Source: Harriotta raleighana
Taxonomy: Eukaryota
DNA length: 64,000 bases
NCBI GenBank assembly: GCA_050575255.1
Contig: JBNZDD010013722.1
Coordinates: forward strand, 5,450,186-5,514,185
Reading direction: 5' to 3'
Shown here one piece after another: positions 1 through 11,869 of this stretch. Every line of letters starts with the position of its first letter. The first letter of the stretch is position 1. The position numbers and the translations under genes are program-made. Under the pieces are notes generated by a model that was given only the letters and a program-made list of their open reading frames with translations, was not told the DNA's origin and searched no databases.

Positions 1-1490
1 GCCACTCTGCAAGCCTTGCTGATATATTACCTTTAATTCCATGGGCCCTCATCTTATGTAACAGTCTTTTATGTAGCACCTTGTAGAATGCCTTCTGAAA
101 ATTTTAAAATGCTACATCAACTGGTTCCTCCTATCTAACCTGCTAGTTACATCCTCAAAGAACTCTAAAAAAAAATTGTTAAACATGATTTCCCTTTCGT
201 AAAGCCGTGCTGACTCTGCCTAATCATATTATGATTTTCTAAGTACCCCACGACAACGTCATTGATTATAGATTATAGAATTTTCCCTATCACAATGTCA
301 AACTAACTGGACTATAGTTCCCCATTTTTTCTCTCCCACCCTTCTTAAATAGTGGTGTTGTTTGCAATCTTCCAATGAATAGGAATGGTTCCAGAATCCA
401 AGGATTTTTGGAAGATCAAAAACAAAGCATACACTATCTCTGCAGCCAACTCTGTTAAAACCCTAGGATGCAGGCCATCAGGTCCAGGGCATTTATCAAA
501 TTTTAATCCCATCAATTTCCCTAGTACTGTACTATTTCTTTAATGATATTCATTTCTTTAAGTTCCACACTAACATTGGTCTCCTGGTTCCCCTCTATTT
601 TTGGTAAGTTTTCAGGTCTTCTAACATGAAAACAGAAGCAAAATATTTGTTTAGTGACCTGCCATTTTATTCCCCATTACTGTATAATTTCTCGTCCCTG
701 CCTACAATGGACCTACATTCACTTTTGATCATCAGTTCCTTTTTATGTATTTGCAAAAACTCTTACAATCTGTCTTTATGTTCCTAGCTAGTTTACCCTC
801 ATATTTCATTTTCTCCCTCTTAATCAGTTTTTGGTTTTCCTTTGCTGATCACTGAAACCCTCCCAAACCTCAGGTTTACTGCTCTTTTGGGCAGTATTAT
901 AGACCGCGTTTTGATTTTATACTTTCCCGAACTTCCCTAGCCACGGTTGAACCACTTTCCCTGTGGTATTTTTATTCAAGGGAATATGTGATCGCTGGGT
1001 ATTATGTATAGTATATCTTTAAATGTTTGCCATTGCTAGTCTATGGTCATTTCTTTTAATCTAATTTCCCAATCTTATTTTAGCCAAATCTTCACTCATA
1101 TCTGCAAAGTTGGCTTAGCTCCCACCCTTGATCTTCCTGTAACGTCAGTAAATGGCTATTAATCATATTTATTCACTCACTATACCATTAATTTGTTTAT
1201 CTAGTTACAAATGATTTGTGCAATCACCTTTAATTTTAACTTCTATTTCCTGTACTCGTTCATGTCCTATTTTCTTTGTTGAGCTTTTTGTCCCTACTTG
1301 ACACTTGGTTCTTTATCTCCCAAGTCACTACTCTGCTCCCTTGACTGTTCTTTGTTGTCAGTTTACTCTCAACTGCAACAGTAAGGTGTCCTTCCCCACC
1401 TTAATAGCTTAAAGCTCAATCTACCTCAAGTTATTCGCTTTGCCAGGACATTGGTCTCAGCCAATTATGTGGAGCCGATCTTGATGGAAC
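1..1490 (-). mobile_element. Degenerate CR1-clade LINE ORF2 fragment
   Basis: Minus strand near 80-240 translates (with frameshifts) to ENHNMIRQSQHGFTKGKSCLT..EFFEDVTSRLD..FQKAF, a CR1-type reverse transcriptase motif. Right boundary approximate. Confidence 0.75.
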
Positions 1491-1888
1491 AGCTTCCTTT
1501 CCCCCCTCCCAATCACTACTCCCTCCCCCATCAGACCTTGAAGGAGGCAAGGCAAAGGGATGCTACAATAAAGGTAGCAATTTTAAGACAAGTAAATTTA
1601 AGACAAGCTAATTTAAACATGGGCAGGCTAATTTTTAAAAAATTCAATTTTGATGACTTGGTCATGAGATTGAGATCAAGTGGTATGACTCAAGCAATCA
1701 ATGCAAGAAGTTGAAGCAGAGTCCTTATCCGTTTTCAATAATCAATCTTTGGTGCACATGAAGAGAAACCATTTTCCCCCCATGAATCCATCTATGATTA
1801 ATAGCAAACTTAATTTGAGACTTCATGCTCTAATCAACCTATTTTGTTAATGAAATTGACACGTTATACATATTAGTATTTTCAGATT

Positions 1889-1894
1889 TTTATT
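1889..1894 (-). terminator. RPS20: RPS20 polyadenylation signal AATAAA
   Basis: tttatt on + strand, 14 nt after the RPS20 stop codon. Confidence 0.8.
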
Positions 1895-1908
1895 GCATTT
1901 TTGGCCAT

Positions 1909-2109
<201 letters not shown>

Positions 2110-2492
2110 TCAGATTATTATTACATAATTTTCTTTTGAAGTAGTTATAATTCCCCCCAAATTTATTTCCTGTCAAACGTTTATAGTACAATCATTCACT
2201 TAATTGATTCACTCCTTGCCAATGACAAGTGGAGCTTTCCAACTGAAGCAAAGGTTTGCTGGAAACACATTTTTGAGCTTTCAGATCAACCAAATTTTCG
2301 CCTCAAATACTTACATGCATATTTCATAGACCAATATTTTAAGTACAAGTTTTAAGGATAACTAAACACCACCAAGGCAAACTGATGTCCAGAATTATTC
2401 TCTCCCGTCTCAGTAATAGTAATACACAAATTGTATGTGAAGATGATCACTCAGTTACTTACCACTAACTGCAACTTGTGGTTTAATAACTA

Positions 2493-2657
<165 letters not shown>

Positions 2658-2676
2658 TTAAAACCTCCAGCCCAAA

Positions 2677-2743
2677 TACTGGCTCAGAATAGCGTATAAA
2701 ACAATCATTGCATTTCATTCAAAGGTTATCTTCTTTGCCAGTA
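2677..2743 (-). ncRNA. SNORD54: Box C/D snoRNA SNORD54 (U54) in RPS20 intron 2
   Basis: Perfect 7-bp terminal stem (TACTGGC/GCCAGTA), box D CTGA at 2684-2687, guide TATACGCTATT complementary to 18S rRNA AAUAGCGUAUA (Gm644 in human numbering). RPS20 is the known host gene. Confidence 0.92.
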
Positions 2744-3105
2744 AGTGGAAGACAGGAAAATCTGTCTGGAGCAAGACTAGTCAACTCATTTGAAAACTTT
2801 AAACTCCAAAGAACAGGAGGGCTTTAAAACTTAAGGAAAAAAAGTTTTTTTTAAAATTTTTTAACTGATTATACATTAGTCAAACTAAAGCCATTATAAT
2901 ACTAAGATTTAAAAAGCTACTTTTATTTAAAAATGTATTTAAAGGCTAGAAAAACTTATTATTCGAAAATGTCAATGGTAAGTTCTTGCAACTTTTTTTA
3001 AAAAAAAGCTTAGTTACACAAACAATGGAATACCAATTTCATGCAATGTTTTACAACATAGTTACAAAGCAGACAAACTTGGGCAGTGTCGACTCTGAGC
3101 ATTTA

Positions 3106-3246
<141 letters not shown>

Positions 3247-4533
3247 CTATTAAAATCAAAGCAGCTCAATGAAATCATTTGAAAGCAAATAACCAAAAAT
3301 TTATATGAACCTATGTTGCAGTTGGCTGGAAAAATATTTTACGTTCATTTTAAACACCAACTGTCATTTTTAGGAAGTCTCCTGGCCAAATGAATTAAGT
3401 GTCTAGTCTCAAAGTAGTGTTACGATTATAGGAACTGGAATTAATTTGTCAATAAGTATTTGTAAAATACAGAGGCAAAATCAAAACAGGTATTCTACAT
3501 GTAGAATTACAGATTCTCATCCCAGTCGCAAATCATTTGCCCCAATTAGTTTCATAAAGTTTGTCCTGCATCCCTCTCATACGCCAGTCAATTCACAATA
3601 CAGAATACTCTATAAAGCGCTTTTGAGACGTCGAGAAGACATGAAAAGCGCTATATCAAATGCAAGGATTATTATATCTCCCTTCTCCCTCACGTACGCA
3701 TCCCCTTTCGTCTCAAGGACTTGGGATACCTTCTGCGAGATCCACACTTGTGTTTAAGAAGCGCTTTTTTTTTAATATTGAAAATTAAAATAATAAACTT
3801 TTGAAACCAACAAAAGGGCAGGAGACGTGGCTCGGTTTAACCCAAACAAAACACAAAATCAGGAACATCCACCTGCCCCGGTCACCCGATCCTAAAACCA
3901 GCAAAAACAAGTTACAACCTGGATGAACTACCTCGGTTTTCCATTCTAATCAACGTGTTTTGGGTNCAGGAACATCCACCTGCCCCGGTCACCCGATCCT
4001 AAAACCAGCAAAAACAAGTTGTAACCTGGATGAACTACCTCGGTTTTCCATTCTAATCAACGTGTTTTGGGTCAGGATCTCTTCTCGAAGCTTCTCATCC
4101 CGCGGTTGACTGACTGCAAAGTCAAGTGAGTGACTGTGTTTTTTTTAATGTACACACAGAGATATAAAGTGATGGGGGAAATTTGATAGCCCCGGGAGGG
4201 AGGAACTCCCTTCACTTTGCCAGGAAACTAGGCCTCGAGTTTAAACGTCGGCCGACAAAAAGCCTCCTCTCTCTCTCTCTCTGTGTACGGCCATGATCGA
4301 CGCTTAGGGAGCGAAGTGACTCGGGCGGAGGCAGAGAGACAGAGGAGGGAGGGAGTGGCTGGAAGCCATCCGGCCGCAGCCCCTCACATTGCTCTCCGGG
4401 CCGTTGTACATCAGGCCGTGGGGGGAGGGGGAGGGCTCGCTCTGAGGGGGGAGGGGAGGGGAAGAGCGCGCACGCTGCTCAATTCAAACCTCAACCGTCG
4501 CTCCCCTCCCCTCCCCCCATCCCCAGCTCTCAC

Positions 4534-4536
4534 CAT
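4534..4536 (-). CDS. RPS20: RPS20 exon 1 coding part (ATG only)
   Basis: ATG immediately followed by donor GTGAGA; splicing gives MAFKDTGK, the standard vertebrate RPS20 layout. Confidence 0.9.
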
Positions 4537-4735
4537 AGTAACTTCCTGACCGACTTAATCGTCGATAGACACACACAAAAAAAACAGGTGAGTGAGCAAA
4601 GCGAGCGAACAGCGGTGAGTCAGGAGGAGACGAAAGCAACGTCTACTTCATACAGACATCCAGCCGAAGAGGAAGAGGCGAGGCCCCCAGCGCCGCTTAA
4701 ATGGCGACCTGGACCGTCCTGCCCCGGAAAGGAAA
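4537..4735 (-). promoter_or_regulatory. RPS20: RPS20 5'UTR, 5'TOP/TCT start and core promoter in a CpG-rich region
   Basis: Pyrimidine tract CCTCTTCCTCTTC at 4666-4678 (-), YY1-like aaatggcg near 4699-4706 and ETS/GABP-like ccggaa near 4724, all typical of ribosomal-protein promoters. Confidence 0.7.
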
Positions 4736-5042
4736 CCTCGTTCTCCCTCCCACCGACCCACCTCTTCCTAGGACATCAGCCGCACAGAGACTCCCACCCC
4801 CCACCCGCTTGCAGCAAGACTACCACTGTGTAACGGTGTGTGTATCATCCGCCTCCTCCTGGCGGCGGCGGCCACAGCGGCAGGAACATAGGCTGTTAAT
4901 TAACGTTATCGCTGCATTACTCTGTCAAGCGCGGAGGGAGGGAGGGAATAGGAGCGAAGATGTACCGTAATGATGGGAGAGAAAGGAGAAGATGAATAGT
5001 CGAGTCCTCTCTGCTAACCAGCCAGCCAGGTGCCTGGAAAGC

Positions 5043-5363
5043 TTCCTGAAGCTCAGTGGTTAGAGCACTCGCCTTACAAGCATGAGACCTGTGTTCGAAT
5101 CCAGGAAAGTCAGGGCAGAACCTTGGGCAAGTTCCCTTACTCCACACGCCTAGTAATAATCCCTCCAAACAACCCACAATAATAAAATTGGTCAATTCAA
5201 TCCACCACTGTTTGTGCGCAAACAGTGCGCAATTAGCTGCCGCGTTTCGCCCAAAAATACACAGTCAATTCACTTTACAGTATATTCCGTGAAGCGCTTT
5301 GAGACGTCGATAAGATGTGAAAAGCACTACATCAAATGCAAGCATTATTTTATTATTTATTAT
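5043..5363 (+). mobile_element. tRNA-derived SINE, near full length (abundant chondrichthyan family)
   Basis: A/B-box head (gctcagtggttagagcac..gttcgaatcc), conserved body and L2-like tail ending in (att)n; many homologous copies in the window. Confidence 0.88.
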
Positions 5364-7418
5364 TAAAGCTCTCCCGCTGCTTGTCTGGGTGGCTGTTAGG
5401 GCTCTGGCTTCCAGAAGAGACCCTGCTCTGTGTGGCGAGGTGGCATTGCAGATCTGAGATACTTTGTCTGGGTTGGATACTTTGAAGCATGCGATGAATT
5501 TCCACAGAAAACAACTGTTTGAACACACAATACGTTGTCCAGTTAGACAATCGTAAAATGAATTTTAGAAAGNTAAAACTGTTTGAACACACAATACGTT
5601 GTCCAGTTAGACAATCGTAAAATGAATTTTAGAAAGATTGTGAAGTCTAATTGTGAATTCCAGTTAACTCGTATACACAGTTTGGAGGTTGTACAGACCA
5701 TGTGCAAACTTACGCAAGTGCCATAATTCTGCAATTAATGACCAGGATAACTAACAATAAGGAAATCGCAGGCTTGTTGAATGATGATGATCCTTGCATT
5801 TGATATAGCACTTTTCACGTCTTCTAGATGTCTCAAATGAATACTTTGCTTCCATTTCCACAGTAGATGAAGAGAACAAAACACCAGCAGTATAAAATAA
5901 TCTAAACATAAGCAAAAAAAAGTATTAAATGGATTTCACATTAATTAAAACATGGTAATGGAGAAAATAATGGGACTAAAGATAGACAAATCCAGGACTT
6001 GATGGCTTCCACCCAAAGCTATTAAAAGTAGGGAAGAAATTACAGATGAGTTCGTCAGAATTTTCAATTGAAACCAGGCAATAACAAAACTATGGAGGTG
6101 AAGGGGAGAGGAGGTGGGAACGAATAGATTGGTCAACAGTACTAACAAACAGAGAGAGCCCTGGTCGCAGGTGGCCAGAATATAATTTGTCTAACTAGGC
6201 TTTGACCAGTTATGGCCAAAGGAATATGGCCTTCCTAGTCAGTAGAATTTAGTGCAATATGATGCCACAAATTTATTGGAGGATATCCAATTTACCTTTT
6301 AATTGAAAGTAACAACCCTATTTAGGGGGTTTAACTATACAAGTACTGTACATATTAAATAAGGGACACGAGTTGGTCATTTCAAACATTAACTTACCTT
6401 TGATCCAAAGACCTCTCTGCCACAAAGCCTCACACACAGGTTGTCGCTCAGCTTTATATATTGCTGTAGCCTCACCCAGGCCTATGCTCTCACCTGGTTT
6501 CTCCATTCCGGGTGGGACACTTTCGCTCTCTCAAGTATCCCAATATTGTAAAATCAGCAACCGGAAAAGGGGATACAAACTAGCCAGGGGGCAACCTGAA
6601 CTGCCAACAACTTAGATTTATATAGCGCCCTCCACGCCAGGCGTCTCAGAGCGCTTTATAATGCCCCCATTAACCAGGTCACTCCCTCACAAGGGGGCAC
6701 CTCACATCTTAAAATCCATTCCAAACAGGATTTCAGACTTAATATTCATCTACTCATGATTATAATTCACATCTTTAAAAACTTCCCATTCACAACTATT
6801 ATTATTAACAAAAGTGACCAGAGTCTCTTCCAGTGTATTGATCCGAGCAACGAGTGAAGATTAACGTATTAATTTAAAGAGAATTGAATTTAAAGGTTTT
6901 GAAGTCGTGGAGCTGGAAACATAATATACTGGATATTACAATAATCTAATTTTCAGCGCCCTGGGACGTATTCCCGACATGAAAGGTGCCATACAAATGT
7001 AATTTTGTTGTTGTCTGCGGTTCTTCCCCCTTAATGGAATGGGCTGGGCGCAGTTAAGGAACAAACGTCAACTTTTCGTGTGCTGAATGCAATAGCTCAA
7101 TGATAGGAGAATTCACACGCCGTTGGACAACGTGAGAACAACGATAGATAAAATGCAAAGCTCATTACATTTGCAACGCCCGGGTTTATATTGCTCAACT
7201 CCAAATTTACACTCTAGCATCTTAAGTGACAAGATGAACAAAAGCTCACTGCTGACCCCTTTAAAATGAAACTCTTTTGTTAACCTTAAACCCACACACC
7301 ACGTTTACTAACTGCTATAAACTCCAGTCATCTGCAGTTTTCCTGTCTCCCTGACAACTTAAAACCGAGGTATCCAATTCACATTTCGAATAAAATGTTT
7401 TACAAAAGTTAAATGTTC

Positions 7419-7424
7419 TTTATT
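7419..7424 (-). terminator. MOS: MOS polyadenylation signal AATAAA
   Basis: tttatt on + strand about 110 nt after the MOS stop, followed by U-rich sequence on the minus strand. Confidence 0.65.
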
Positions 7425-7535
7425 GAGACAGACATTTTTCTTCCGTTAATATTCATGAGTTTCAGGCAATTTTTCTTTTTCGAAACTTTTTTTTTTTGAA
7501 ACGATTTTGTATAAAGTTATTCCATTTCAGGGACT

Positions 7536-8531
7536 TCATACTGTGTCCTGCAGATGAATCAGAGTTTGTAGTATTTGATCAGCACTTGGCCTGTCGGTGG
7601 GTTCGGCTTTCCAGCACTGACCGATGATGTGTTCAATGTGCTGCCCTACCGACGAATCTTTGAAAGTTGCTGTAAACGATGGCCGCCGGTTATACGCCAC
7701 CACAGCATACATCACACACTGGCGGTCACCCGAGAAGGGCTGATCCCTCGTCATCATCTGCCACAGAGTAATTGCAAAAGAGTAAATGTCCGCCTTCAAA
7801 GTGGCGTGGCAGCCTCTCAGCAGCTCGGGTGCCCTGTGGGTGTAGGTGCCAGCGAGGTGGCGCAGCTGAACATCCCGCGTTAGATCATCTTTCACCAGTT
7901 TGTGAGAACACCCGAAGTCCCCAATTTTACACCGGCCTTGGTCTGAAATCAACACATTAGCAGGCTTCAGGTCCAGGTGCACAATATTGTGCGAATGAAG
8001 AAAACTCAGTCCACTCACAATGTCCTTTGAAAATTGTAAGCAGTTCCCCACATCTAGCGCTTTGATGCAGTTGTAAATCCGTTGGTGCAGACTGATATCT
8101 CCCGCATACTCCATGATGATGGTGCCCATGCTGTCCTCGCTCTCCAGCTCCTCCGGCACACAAGTCGTGGCTGCCACAACCTTCACAATGTGATCGTGAC
8201 GGAGATTGGCCACGTTCAGTTCAGCCCAGAAGCTATGCCGTGAAGCCAGTTTGTTCTTGGTAGATTTCTTGACTTTCTTCACTGCCACGACGTTACCATA
8301 GTAGGTGCCTTTGTAAACCGACCCGAAGCCGCCGGAACCCAAAAGATCCAGCAAGCTGAGCTCGTCCCAATTCACCGTACACCAAGAGAGATGCGGCAGC
8401 GCTCTATGTCGTCCGGTGAAAGAAAAGCGTTGATCTTTGCCTGGGAGCTGATAAGGGCTACTGCAAGGTTTCAAACTCACTGTCGACGAAAAGCCTTTCA
8501 AAAAATGGTTCAGTGGAATAGGAGAGGGCAT
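7536..8531 (-). CDS. MOS: Proto-oncogene Ser/Thr kinase Mos (oocyte MAPKKK), intronless, 331 aa
   Basis: Starts MPSPIP (ATG at 8529-8531; the ORF track start at 8561 is a GTG). Motifs LGSGGFGSVYK, VAVKKV, SFWAELN, HLDLKPAN, KIGDFG, GTYTHRAPE. Syntenic between RPS20 and PLAG1. Confidence 0.97.
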   Translation of the reverse strand: MPSPIPLNHFLKGFSSTVSLKPCSSPYQLPGKDQRFSFTGRHRALPHLSWCTVNWDELSLLDLLGSGGFGSVYKGTYYGNVVAVKKVKKSTKNKLASRHSFWAELNVANLRHDHIVKVVAATTCVPEELESEDSMGTIIMEYAGDISLHQRIYNCIKALDVGNCLQFSKDIVSGLSFLHSHNIVHLDLKPANVLISDQGRCKIGDFGCSHKLVKDDLTRDVQLRHLAGTYTHRAPELLRGCHATLKADIYSFAITLWQMMTRDQPFSGDRQCVMYAVVAYNRRPSFTATFKDSSVGQHIEHIIGQCWKAEPTDRPSADQILQTLIHLQDTV

Positions 8532-9295
8532 TCCTGTTTCCTTTCCTCCTTCAGAGACCACAGCTACGTCCTGAAAGGGAGGAATCGACGTCCAAGTAAT
8601 CAGACTCTACCCAAAGGAATCTTTTATGTCCCCACCGCAATTGTTCCCACGAATGAGATTCATGTGCACGTTGTTAGCGATTACCTGGCCTGGACGGATC
8701 CACAGCATTAAACCGGTCCTGGTGAGGTGCAGAGCGCAGGAGCAGTTCACGAGGTCACCTGGGGACGATTTCTGTTCAACGACCTCTTTATCGGCAAGCA
8801 ATGCTCGTTGTCGCTGTCATCAAAACCAGCGATTCTCAAAACACCAATTACAAATTTGCTGACTCTCTGAAGATCTTTAAAAATGTTTAGTCGCGTTATA
8901 AGTTTCCCATCATAAACAAAGCTTCTATACAGGCAATTAGACTTATTTAACAAGTGCACTCGACCCTCCGCTGTGCTTTTCTTGTGAAATGATTGGATGG
9001 CTGCGGATAGGTAATCCATGTTATATTTAACAGAAGGAGCTTTCATGTGCTGTTGGGTCGAGGGTTCATGTCTAAAAATGAATAACATATTCAGTTACAC
9101 AAATATTGTGTCAACAGAAGCGACCAGGACACAGCCAAGATTGAGACAGAGAGAGTGAAAACCTCACCTAGGAATTGAGTGACCATTTCCAGTATTCTTC
9201 TAGTGTTTATTGGACAAACACCAATTTCATTTTTGTATCCGTGTGTTTTGTTGGTTAAAACTCCAAATATGATGCCCTAGTTATTGACCGCAGCA

Positions 9296-9750
9296 TTATA
9301 ATAATCTTTGCATTTGGTATGGTGCATTGTCACATCTTCTGGACGTCTGAAAGCGCTTCAAAGAATGTACTGCAAAGTGAATTGACTTTTAATCTGTGGA
9401 CAAAATGTGGCAGCCAATTGCTCACAGCAGTGTCCCATAAACAATCGTGGATTCAATGACCATTTTTTTAAAAGGGTTATCATACCTGGAAAAGTGATCC
9501 GACAATCGACTGACAACCTTGGGCAAGTTTCCTTACTCCACACGACTAATAATACTCCCTCAAATAAAAACAATAATAAATTGGCCACTTCAATCCGCAA
9601 ATATTCGTGGGACACTGCTGTACGTAATTGGCTGCTGTGTTTCATCCACAAATATACAGTCAATTCACTTGATAGTACATTCCGTGAAGTGCTTTGAGAC
9701 GTCTAGAAGATGTGAAAAGCACTATATCAAATGCAAGGATTATTATTGTT
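9296..9750. mobile_element. Two partial tRNA-SINE copies in inverted orientation (~9296-9480 -, ~9510-9750 +)
   Basis: Both match the body and tail of the 5043 SINE. Confidence 0.75.
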
Positions 9751-10129
9751 TTCTACACAAAAAGGTTAATGTCTTGACGATTTCAAATTTGTTGCCATAA
9801 GGCCGACAGTTGAGCGCTAAACAGTATGAATGAGTAGCTCCAACGTTTGAACATTATATATCAATCAACAAAATTACATTTATATAACGCCTTTCATGTC
9901 GGGAAGATGTCCCAAGGCGCTGTACAGTCAAGTAGGGATCAGAGCGGAGGGGGGAGGAGTCGGGGGGGGAGGAAAGTAGGAAAAATTGACTATTTGTGGG
10001 CAAAAATAGTATATACAGTACTATGCCAAATGAAGCATTATTCTATTGAGCTTTCAGCAAAATTTTGTGATTTTCTTAAAGAAGAATCAATAGGAATTTT
10101 GTTCCTGTGACATGGTTGAAACAGATTGC

Positions 10130-10608
10130 TATTTATAATAATGATAATAATCCTCGTATTTCATACATCTCAAAACACTTCACAGGATAGATTGTAAATA
10201 TAGTGACTGTGTACTTTGTGGGCGAAACATGGCAGCCAGTTGTGTACAGCAATGTCCCAAAGTTTGCATATAACATTGCAACCTCATAATAATAACAATC
10301 CTTGCATTTGATGTAGCACCTTATCACATCTTCGAGATGTCTCGAAATGCTTCACAGAATATACTGTAAAGTAAATTGACTACATTTGGTTGGCGAAACA
10401 CAGCAGCATACAGTGTCACGATACATAGCAGTGTCCCACAAATAGTCATGGATTGAGTGACCACATTTGTTTTTGCAGGAATTATTACAATGCTTGGTAA
10501 ACACAGGGGTCTGGAGCAGCAAAACTTGGCCAAAGTTTCGCCCTGCCGAGAATTGAAACTAAATCTCTCACGAGCGAGGTGACTTCTCTTACTATTGAGC
10601 TATAGGAC
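10130..10608 (-). mobile_element. tRNA-SINE copies (partial ~10130-10265, near-complete ~10285-10608)
   Basis: Reverse-complement tail aataatccttgcatttga and head ending gagctataggac. Confidence 0.8.
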
Positions 10609-10649
10609 ATGAATAGTTATGTCCTTGACTGGTTCAGGTTCTAGCTTTC

Positions 10650-11815
10650 ACACCATCTACACTTTGTGTCTGCCAACGGCTGTTCTTGTCTCGTGCGATG
10701 TTCCTCAGGGCTCTGTCCTCAGTCCACTCCTCTTCATCCTCTACATGCTCCCCCTCGGTGACACCATCCATAGACATGGGGTAAATTTCCACATTTGTGC
10801 AGATGACACCCAGATCTATATCTCCACTTCCACCCTCAACTCTAGTACGACCTTTGTCCTGACTACCTGCCTGTCTGACATTGAATCCTGGATGAGCGAC
10901 AACTTTTTCCAGCTGAATGTCAGCAAGACTGAGGTCCTCCTGGCCCTCCAAACCTCAGGCACTGGTAGCATCAGCAACCATGGCTGCACACTCCTTCTCA
11001 TGAAGCCAGTCAGAAACCTGGATGTCTTGTTTGACCCTGAACTGTCCTTTCTCCCCCACATCCATGCCATGACAAGCACTGCCTTCCACCATCTCCATAA
11101 CATTGCCCCAGACTCCGCCACTGCCTCACCCGGGTGCCAAAACCCTCCCACATGCATTCATCACATCAAGGCTCGACTATGACAACTCCCTCCTCGTCGG
11201 CCTTCCAAGCTGCAGATCATCCAAAACTCTGCTTGTGTCCTCTCCTGCACCAGGCTCTGTCACACCATCTCGCACACCCCATCCCCAAATCAAGATCCTC
11301 GTTCTCATTTTCAAGGCCATTCATGGCCTTGCCCATTCTTATCTCTTTGACCTGCTGACTCTCTACCAATNAACACCATCACACCATCTCGCACACCCCA
11401 TCCCCAAATCAAGATCCTCGTTCTCATTTTCAAGGCCATTCATGGCCTTGCCCATTCTTATCTCTTTGACCTGCTGACTCTCTACCAATCCGTTTTCCCC
11501 CTCCATTCAGCAGGCTCCGGTCTGCTTCTTGTCTCCTACCTGATCTGCCCCACCATCGGTGGCCAGGCTTTCAGCCTCTCTGCCCCCACACTGTGGAACT
11601 CCATTCCACAATCCCTTCTCCTCACTTCCTCCCTTCCATCCTTCAAGGCTGGTCTGAAGATTGTCCCTTCTGTGGCCCTCCCACCTCTCTCCCTCCCCTC
11701 CCCCATACCCTACACTTCCACTATGTTCGATTCCCGACCCCTGACTGTTCAGCCCCCTGGGATATCCTCCCGATGTGAAAGGTGCTTTATAAATGCAATT
11801 TTGTTTTGTTATTGT
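10650..11815 (+). mobile_element. L2-clade LINE 3' fragment (RT region plus tail)
   Basis: ORF 10619-11182 contains [20 protein letters not shown] and ADDTQIY; later [10 protein letters not shown]; ends in taaatgcaattttgttttgtt. Confidence 0.9.
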
Positions 11816-11869
11816 AAATAAAGACTCATGTTTATTACCATGAAATAATGGTGTTGCCTTGCTATCACT

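Noticed and set aside
3860-4073. ~106-bp direct tandem duplication in RPS20 intron 1
   Set aside because: Two near-identical copies joined by a single N at 3966, the signature of overlapping contig ends or haplotypes rather than a real repeat.
5043-5115. tRNA-like sequences (also 34872, 49571, 58757)
   Set aside because: SINE heads followed by SINE body and tail; no complete cloverleaf.
5510-5636. ~60-bp direct repeat
   Set aside because: Joined by a single N at 5573; assembly artefact.
8532-8561. N-terminal extension of MOS in the ORF track (MVSEGGKETG)
   Set aside because: Begins at GTG; the conserved Mos N-terminus MPSP starts at the ATG at 8531.
11260-11490. Duplicated L2 segment producing ORFs 11103-11477 and 11134-11358
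   Set aside because: Duplication centred on the N at 11371; assembly artefact within a LINE fossil.
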